Shown one piece after another: positions 58,055-64,000 of a stretch of DNA of 64,000 bases. The notes below the pieces were generated by a model. It ran no database searches. It saw nothing but the letters and a program-made list of their open reading frames with translations, and was not told where the DNA came from. Made by a program: the position numbers and the translations under genes. Within the stretch, counting starts at the first letter, position 1, and the number at the start of each line of letters is the position of its first letter. Source of the DNA: Neptuniibacter sp. (GTDB lineage: Bacteria > Pseudomonadota > Gammaproteobacteria > Pseudomonadales > Balneatricaceae); contig JBOEHA010000023.1 in the NCBI GenBank assembly GCA_050633685.1, positions 29,514 to 93,513 on the forward strand, given 5' to 3'.

Positions 58055-59890
58055 ATGAGTCAACAGCTATCAATTCCCGCAGGTAACGGATTGTTATCCA
58101 TTAACCTGCAAACTCTTCCGCAAACAGGCGCTATGCCGTCTGAGGGAGGGGTGCCTGTCTTTACCGGATTCAGTTCGATGATGAGTGACGCCGTGTCGGA
58201 AAAAGGTGTTCCTGGCGGCGCATTTTTGCCGCCTCAGGGTGTCAGCTTGCCGCAAGAGGCTGTTCAGCAGCTGAATCTGGATTCGGAGCAGTTAAAAGAA
58301 AGGCTGATGCATTTAGCAGAGATGCTGGGGCAGCAGAGTGAGACCAGAGCCGAAGGTGACGGATTGTCAGCCGAAGTGATGGCCGAACTCGGCAAAGCTT
58401 TACGTAGTTTTGCAGAAGGCGAAATTCCAGAACTTCCAGATGAGCTTAGGCAGAAGCTAGAAGAGGCGCGTGCCGTTTCAGCGGAATTGATGGATGTTGA
58501 AGAGGGAGCGGATCAGGAGGTTGCTCCTGTCGTCGACGTTACAGATGAACCTGTAACTGAGGCGCTATCCGTCGAGCGACTGGTTTCAGAGGAGCTTCTT
58601 GATCAGGTTGATCCTGAGTTGACAGATAAGAACGTTGAAGAGCCTGTTTCTTTACCTGAGCAGGAGTTGATAACTGAAAACTCCGACAAAGAAGTAGCGG
58701 ACGAGCTTGTCGTTGCTGGCGTTGAGGAAGAGGTTGTAGATGAGGTTGTTCAGAGTCTTGATTCTGTTGAGGGTGATGAGCAAGTCGGTTCTGATGAGCA
58801 AGTCAATACTGATGAGGTACAGCCTGCAGCGCAGGTGAGGCCGGAAGTTGAAGTTGATGTTGCTGCTCCGGAGAGTGAAGCGGATGAAGAGGTGGTTGCT
58901 GTTGCAGCGAACGATCCCCGACGTTCACCAGTGGCTGAAGCGGCGCGGCAGGACTTCAATGCTGAAGCATTTAAAAATAAGGGTGAATATGTCAGTCAGG
59001 TGGCACGTTCTCAGAACCAGAGCGGAAATAATGCTCCTGCAGTCAATGTGGCTAACGCTACTTCAGGTTCTGACGCGGATGCTGATCTGGTACAACAGAA
59101 CCGGGTAGGTCAGCAGGTAAATGTCGATGCGCGCCCTGTTGAGCGAGAATTGCAACGTAGCGCTCCAAAGGTAGATCCCCAATTGGCCGCAAATACGGCC
59201 CAGTCTAAAACCGCGAGCAAGCCTTCAGAGAACCCACAGGTCCGTCCGGTTGCTTCATCTTTTTCGTTAGATAAATTTGAATCCATGCTGGAAGCTTCAC
59301 AAAAGCTGATGACTAAAGCGACAGCTGGGGCTGAAAAGCTAGGTGACTCGCCTTTTTCTTCGCGTTTGGAAAGTGCTTCATCTTCCGCAAACGTTGTGCC
59401 TCAGTCTGTAAGTCAGCCGACACAGGTGCAAAAAGCTGTTACTGAAGCAAATAATCTGATGATGCCGCAGAATGTGAAGTTGAATACGCCTGCATGGAGC
59501 AGTGCGCTGGCTGAGCGTGCAGTTATGGTGGCTGCTCAAAATACCAATGTGGCACAGATTCAGCTCGATCCTCCAGAGCTTGGAAGTTTAAATATCAGGG
59601 TACAGATTAATCAGGACCAGGTAAGCCTTAACTTTACTTCCCCTCATGCCCATGTCAGGGATGCGGTTGAACAGAGTCTGCCGAGGTTGCGGGAGATGTT
59701 TGCGGAGCAAGGCTTAGCTCTCAATGAATCATCGGTATCAGATCAGCAAAGCGGCGGGGCATCTAAGGAAGAGATGGCAGGTGAAGGTCAGGGTGGTGAA
59801 GGTGGATACCTTGGTCAGTCAGTAGAAGACGATATAATCGAGGGCTCAGGTGCTGCGCGAAGTATGTCATTGGTCGACTACTACGCTTAA
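58055..59890 (+). CDS. fliK: Hook-length control protein FliK
   Basis: C-terminal AQIQLDPPELGSL, VRDAVEQSLPRLREMF, LVDYYA; long acidic N-terminal region. Confidence 0.93.
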   Translation: MSQQLSIPAGNGLLSINLQTLPQTGAMPSEGGVPVFTGFSSMMSDAVSEKGVPGGAFLPPQGVSLPQEAVQQLNLDSEQLKERLMHLAEMLGQQSETRAEGDGLSAEVMAELGKALRSFAEGEIPELPDELRQKLEEARAVSAELMDVEEGADQEVAPVVDVTDEPVTEALSVERLVSEELLDQVDPELTDKNVEEPVSLPEQELITENSDKEVADELVVAGVEEEVVDEVVQSLDSVEGDEQVGSDEQVNTDEVQPAAQVRPEVEVDVAAPESEADEEVVAVAANDPRRSPVAEAARQDFNAEAFKNKGEYVSQVARSQNQSGNNAPAVNVANATSGSDADADLVQQNRVGQQVNVDARPVERELQRSAPKVDPQLAANTAQSKTASKPSENPQVRPVASSFSLDKFESMLEASQKLMTKATAGAEKLGDSPFSSRLESASSSANVVPQSVSQPTQVQKAVTEANNLMMPQNVKLNTPAWSSALAERAVMVAAQNTNVAQIQLDPPELGSLNIRVQINQDQVSLNFTSPHAHVRDAVEQSLPRLREMFAEQGLALNESSVSDQQSGGASKEEMAGEGQGGEGGYLGQSVEDDIIEGSGAARSMSLVDYYA

Positions 59891-60038
59891 TGTAACCGGG
59901 TTAACTATCGGTAGCTATGCAGTAAAGCGTTGGTTTAAATTTCTAATCTTTGGCTTCAGCCTTTAGATCAGTGTGTTATATTAACGCATTGATTTCAGGG
60001 TCTAATCTAACCTTCTGTTATTAGTTGAGGATATGCGA

Positions 60039-60569
60039 ATGGCAGATGAGCCGGAACAGAATGGAAATGAAGAGGAAGGCGGTAAAAAGTCTTCAAAAAT
60101 GAAGCTGATCATTATTGGTGTGCTGGCGTTGTTATTAGTTGGCGGCGGCGGAGCGGCGGCGACATTTTTCCTTCTGAGTGGGGATAATGAGGCTGCTACA
60201 GAAGAGGCGGCACCCGCTGAGCCGGTAAGAGCTGAAGCGATTTATACAAAAGTGCGAACAATGGAAGGTAAACCAATGTTCGTTGTTACGCTTCAGTCCC
60301 AGGATAAGCGTGCCCACTATATGCAGTTATATGTAGAGGCAAAAAGCCGTGATCAGGCTGTTGCGGATGCCCTTAAACTCCATATGCCTTTGATTGTTTC
60401 GCGTTTGAATAACCTGTTTACAACGCAGGATTTCCGGACGTTGCAAACAATGGAAGGAAAAGTAGCTCTTCGGGATGGTGCGACTGATCTCGTGCGTGAA
60501 ATTATGCAAGAAAAAATGGGTAAGCCTGGAGTCGAGACGATTCTGTTTACCAATATGGTTATGCAGTAA
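60039..60569 (+). CDS. fliL: FliL
   Basis: Single N-terminal TM helix; HMPLIV.RL, LFTNMVMQ. Confidence 0.9.
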   Translation: MADEPEQNGNEEEGGKKSSKMKLIIIGVLALLLVGGGGAAATFFLLSGDNEAATEEAAPAEPVRAEAIYTKVRTMEGKPMFVVTLQSQDKRAHYMQLYVEAKSRDQAVADALKLHMPLIVSRLNNLFTTQDFRTLQTMEGKVALRDGATDLVREIMQEKMGKPGVETILFTNMVMQ

Positions 60570-60598
60570 TTAATATTCTTAGTCAGGAAGCGGTGTAA

Positions 60599-61576
60599 AT
60601 GTCAGTAAAAGATCTGCTTTCTCAGGATGAAATTGATGCGTTACTTCATGGTGTTGATGATGGTGACGTAGAAACTTCTGAAGAGACAGAGGTCGAGGAC
60701 GGGGATGTCCGTTCTTATGACTTGGCGAGCCACGAACGTATTGTTCGTGGACGTATGCCGACGCTTGAAATGATCAACGAGCGTTTTGCTCGTTATACAC
60801 GTATTAGTTTGTTTAACCTGCTGCGTCGCGCTGCTGATGTAACTGTCGGTGGTGTGCAGGTGATGAAATACGGCGACTATATCCACACTCTTTACGTTCC
60901 CACCAGTATGAACCTAATTCGGGTTATGCCTCTTAGAGGAACAGCCCTGTTTATTATGGATGCGAAGCTGGTTTTTAAACTGGTTGATAACTTCTTTGGT
61001 GGCGATGGCAGGCATGCCAAAATCGAAGGGCGTGAATTTACGCCGACAGAGACTCGTCTGATTCATAAAGCGCTGGAACAGTTCTTTGTGGATCTTGAAG
61101 AAGCCTGGAGGCCGGTTAAAGAGCTCAATTTTGAACATCTGGGTCATGAAATGAACCCGGCAATGGCAAACGTTATCAACCCAACAGAGGTTGTTGTGGT
61201 GAGTACTTTTCAGGTGGATCTGGAGGGTGGTTCCGGTGAGTTTCATGTGGCTATGCCATATTCAATGCTGGAGCCTATTCGGGATCTGCTGGTCTCTGGT
61301 TTCCAGAGCGGTGAAGATGAAAAAGATGAGCGTTGGCAGATAGCGCTACAGAGAGATATTCTCATGGCTAAACTGCCGCTGGAGATGACCATTGCTGAGC
61401 AGGATATGACCTTGCGAGATGTGATTGAGTTGGAGGCCGGAGATGTGATCCCGATTGAACTGCCGGAGTCTTTCCAGTTGAAAGCGAATAAAGTCCCTGT
61501 TTTTAACTGTACCATGGGCGTTTCTCGCGGTAATCTAGCACTAAAAATAACAGATCAGATTGTTCGGCCTAAGTGA
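60599..61576 (+). CDS. fliM: Motor switch protein FliM
   Basis: LLSQDEIDALL, RGRMPTLEMINERFAR, GGDGRH.KIEGREFTPTE. Confidence 0.97.
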   Translation: MSVKDLLSQDEIDALLHGVDDGDVETSEETEVEDGDVRSYDLASHERIVRGRMPTLEMINERFARYTRISLFNLLRRAADVTVGGVQVMKYGDYIHTLYVPTSMNLIRVMPLRGTALFIMDAKLVFKLVDNFFGGDGRHAKIEGREFTPTETRLIHKALEQFFVDLEEAWRPVKELNFEHLGHEMNPAMANVINPTEVVVVSTFQVDLEGGSGEFHVAMPYSMLEPIRDLLVSGFQSGEDEKDERWQIALQRDILMAKLPLEMTIAEQDMTLRDVIELEAGDVIPIELPESFQLKANKVPVFNCTMGVSRGNLALKITDQIVRPK

Positions 61577-61605
61577 TTTTATGTCGACACCAGAGAGTTT
61601 GATGA

Positions 61606-62043
61606 ATGAGCGATGATACTGACCAGCAAGCATTAGCCGATGAATGGGCTTCAGCAATGGAAGAGCAGGTGGGTGATGAAGGCGGCGAAGTCGTTGATCC
61701 CGATGAGCTTCTTGCTGCTACAGGTGTGACTGGAGACTCTGTTGAGCTGGATGAGCTTAAGGATGAAGGTACGCCTGTTTCGGATCCTAAGCTGGATGTA
61801 ATTCTTGATATTCCTGTCACACTTTCAATGGAGGTTGGTCAAACTGACATCCCTATCAGTAACTTGCTGCAACTAAATCAGGGCTCAGTTATTGAGTTGG
61901 ATCGTGTTGCTGGGGAGCCTTTGGATGTTATGGTGAACGGTACGCTGATTGCTCACGGTGAAGTAGTGGTAGTCAACGATCGTTATGGCATTCGCCTCAC
62001 GGATGTTATCAGTCCACAAGAACGTATCAAACGACTGAAATAG
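61606..62043 (+). CDS. fliN: Motor switch protein FliN
   Basis: LDVILDIPVTLSMEVG, LLQLNQGSVIELDR.AGEPLD, GEVVVVN.RYGIR. Confidence 0.97.
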   Translation: MSDDTDQQALADEWASAMEEQVGDEGGEVVDPDELLAATGVTGDSVELDELKDEGTPVSDPKLDVILDIPVTLSMEVGQTDIPISNLLQLNQGSVIELDRVAGEPLDVMVNGTLIAHGEVVVVNDRYGIRLTDVISPQERIKRLK

Positions 62044-62048
62044 TCTGG

Positions 62049-62501
62049 ATGCGTTACTTATCTGCTTTTATTCTTTTTAGTCTATCAACCGCTGTGACTG
62101 CAGCGGACGTAGCCTCTACCGCAAAAATTTCTTTAGCACCCGCCTATCAGGAGCCATTTTCAGCCGAGGCATTAATGCAATTGCTGTTGGGTTTGGTTCT
62201 GGTTGTGCTGCTAATTCTAGCTGTCTCCTGGGTGTTGAGACGCTTCTCTGGAATTGCACCTGTAAGCAAGAATATGCGGGTGTTGGGCGTGATGCCGCTT
62301 GGGGCGCGTGAAAAAGTGGTCTTAGTAAAAGTAGGGGATAAGCAAATTCTCCTTGGGGTGGCTCCTGGTCGGGTTTCACATCTGCAATCGTTTGATAAAC
62401 CTGTGGTAGATAGTGATGAACCAGGAAAAGGGTTTGCTCATCGTTTAAGTGAGGCGATGTCAAAACAAAAAGGAGGAGGTAATGATGAGAAAACTAGTTA
62501 A
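62049..62501 (+). CDS. fliO: FliO
   Basis: TM helix, then [20 protein letters not shown]. Confidence 0.9.
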   Translation: MRYLSAFILFSLSTAVTAADVASTAKISLAPAYQEPFSAEALMQLLLGLVLVVLLILAVSWVLRRFSGIAPVSKNMRVLGVMPLGAREKVVLVKVGDKQILLGVAPGRVSHLQSFDKPVVDSDEPGKGFAHRLSEAMSKQKGGGNDEKTS

Positions 62502-63234
62502 TTACTTCCTGTTAAGTTTGTTTGTTGTGCTCCCCTCTGTGGGCTGGGCGGCTGATGTCGGTATCCCTGCAGTGACTGTGACAACTGGCGAAGATGGGCA
62601 GAGCAATTACAGTGTAACGCTGCAGATTCTGATCCTTATGACCATGCTGACATTCTTGCCAGCTATGGTCATGATGATGACATCCTTTGCTCGAATTATT
62701 ATTGTATTTGCGATCCTGCGCCAGGCTCTCGGTCTGCAACAGACACCGTCAAACCAGATAATGGTGGGCATGGCGATGTTTTTGACATTGTTCATCATGA
62801 CTCCGGTTCTGGATCAGGTGTATGCAGAAGCAGTGCAGCCTTATGTTAATGAAGAGCTCAGTGTTGTTGAAACTCTGCAAGTTGCAAGCGGCCCCTTTCG
62901 GGAGTTTATGATGTTGCAAACCCGGGAGAGCGACCTTGATCTGTTTATGCGGATTTCAGGCACTCCAGCGGTTGAGAGCGCTGATCAGATTCCTTTTACC
63001 ATCCTAGTACCGGCGTTTGTGACCAGTGAATTGAAAACGGCGTTTCAGATTGGTTTTATGTTGTTTATTCCCTTTCTGGTAATCGACCTGGTGGTGGCGA
63101 GTGTTCTTATGGCTATGGGTATGATGATGTTATCGCCGATCATTATTTCACTGCCATTCAAAATCATGCTATTTGTTTTAGTTGATGGTTGGGCGTTGGT
63201 AATTGGCACACTTGCAGCCAGTTTTGGGATATAG
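62482..63234 (+). CDS. fliP: Export gate protein FliP
   Basis: [44 protein letters not shown]. Confidence 0.97.
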   Translation: MMRKLVNYFLLSLFVVLPSVGWAADVGIPAVTVTTGEDGQSNYSVTLQILILMTMLTFLPAMVMMMTSFARIIIVFAILRQALGLQQTPSNQIMVGMAMFLTLFIMTPVLDQVYAEAVQPYVNEELSVVETLQVASGPFREFMMLQTRESDLDLFMRISGTPAVESADQIPFTILVPAFVTSELKTAFQIGFMLFIPFLVIDLVVASVLMAMGMMMLSPIIISLPFKIMLFVLVDGWALVIGTLAASFGI

Positions 63235-63260
63235 AAACTTAACACTAACAGGAGACGAGC

Positions 63261-63530
63261 ATGACACCTGAAGTTGTACTCGGTTTGTTTGGTGAGGCAT
63301 TCTGGCTGATAGTGTTGTTGGTCTCGGTGATTATTGTTCCGAGTCTGCTTGTTGGTTTGGTGGTTTCAACCTTTCAGGCTGCGACTCAGATTAACGAACA
63401 AACTTTAAGCTTTCTGCCGCGTTTGTTGGTTACCATTCTGGTTATTATGTGGGCAGGCCCCTGGATTCTTGCCAAATTGACCGATCATTTCACCACCCTG
63501 GTGAAAAATATTCCTTATGTGATTGGGTAG
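63261..63530 (+). CDS. fliQ: Export gate protein FliQ
   Basis: FQAATQINEQTLSFLPRL. Confidence 0.97.
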   Translation: MTPEVVLGLFGEAFWLIVLLVSVIIVPSLLVGLVVSTFQAATQINEQTLSFLPRLLVTILVIMWAGPWILAKLTDHFTTLVKNIPYVIG

Positions 63531-63536
63531 TTTCCC

Positions 63537-64000
63537 TTGTTTGAGATCGGTATCAGTGAGATCGAACAGTGGATAGCGGCTTTTCTCTGGCCGTTGTTCA
63601 GGGTGGCTTCGTTTTTTATGGCGGTTCCACTGATCGGCAGTCAGTTGCTTAATATGCGGCTGCGTTTAATGTTGGCTATTGTGGTGACGGCTGTTGTATC
63701 GCCTCTGCTTCCTGAGATGCCTGACTTTGACGGCTTGCATTTCAACTCCTACCTTATAATCGGTCAGCAAATACTGATTGGTGCTATGTTAGGGTTCTTG
63801 TTTCAGGTGTTCTACCAGATATTTGTGTTGGGTGGTCAAATGATCGCTATGCAGATGGGTCTGGGTTTTGCTTCTATGACAGACCCCGCTAATGGTATTT
63901 CGGTTGTAATGCTGGGTCAGTTTTACCTGACTTTGATTATGATGTTGTTTGTCGCGCTGAATGGGCATCTGATTATGATCGAAGTGATCGTCCGAAGTTT
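63537..64000 (+). CDS. fliR: Export gate protein FliR, 3'-truncated by the window edge (not in the ORF track)
   Basis: TTG start gives (M)FEIGISEIEQWIAAFLWPLFRVASFFMAVP; later GGQMIAMQMGLGFASMTDPANG and LNGHL. Confidence 0.93.
   Translation, partial: MFEIGISEIEQWIAAFLWPLFRVASFFMAVPLIGSQLLNMRLRLMLAIVVTAVVSPLLPEMPDFDGLHFNSYLIIGQQILIGAMLGFLFQVFYQIFVLGGQMIAMQMGLGFASMTDPANGISVVMLGQFYLTLIMMLFVALNGHLIMIEVIVRS

Noticed and set aside
59891-60038. Expected sigma54 promoter upstream of fliL
   Set aside because: No convincing GG-N10-GC match was found by eye, so none is reported
409-63245. Numerous short antisense or frame-shifted ORFs in the ORF track (e.g. 409-798, 5471-6004, 12906-13343, 33449-33904, 36416-36862, 40940-41398, 49113-49631)
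   Set aside because: They shadow well-supported genes, lack recognisable motifs or RBS, and are typical of chance ORFs opposite codon-biased genes
1-64000. CRISPR arrays, IS elements/transposases, prophage genes, rRNA
   Set aside because: No regularly spaced repeat-spacer pattern and no transposase, integrase, phage or rRNA signatures were seen

Overview
Chromosomal window from a marine-type gammaproteobacterium. Gene order is Pseudomonas-like and an Oceanospirillaceae such as Neptuniibacter is my guess, which I cannot confirm. From left to right: (1) the 3' end of rnr, serB and a FimX-like degenerate REC-PAS-GGDEF-EAL protein; (2) the conserved hemA-prfA-prmC-moeB / TPR-lolB-tRNA-prs-rplY-pth-ychF-tRNA block with three tRNAs, from which ispE is conspicuously absent; (3) a small accessory block (ankyrin-like protein, AEC transporter, SixA, an unexplained ~180-nt three-way-junction element, and a sigma54-controlled acyl-CoA transferase with its own enhancer-binding protein); (4) an inverted fliT-like gene, then fliC-flaG-fliD-fliS followed by a ~9.8-kb, compositionally mosaic 8-gene island between fliS and fleQ. 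The island encodes a TPR/GT41 OGT-like glycosyltransferase, a VioA-type aminotransferase, a Gfo/Idh/MocA oxidoreductase, an ATP-grasp ligase, a NodU/CmcH carbamoyltransferase, two SAM methyltransferases and a membrane di-iron desaturase-like enzyme. It is most likely a flagellin glycosylation system with an unusual tailoring set and is the best novelty candidate; (5) fleQ-fleS-fleR; (6) a ~12-kb acetate-utilisation module (acs, CrbR/CrbS-type two-component system, DUF4212 plus ActP-like symporter, cNMP-CBS-DUF294 nucleotidyltransferase plus DEDDh nuclease) sitting between fleR and fliE; (7) fliE-F-G-H-I-J-K-L-M-N-O-P-Q and a partial fliR. I saw no IS, prophage, CRISPR array or rRNA. All calls come from motif recognition by eye; no database searches were run.
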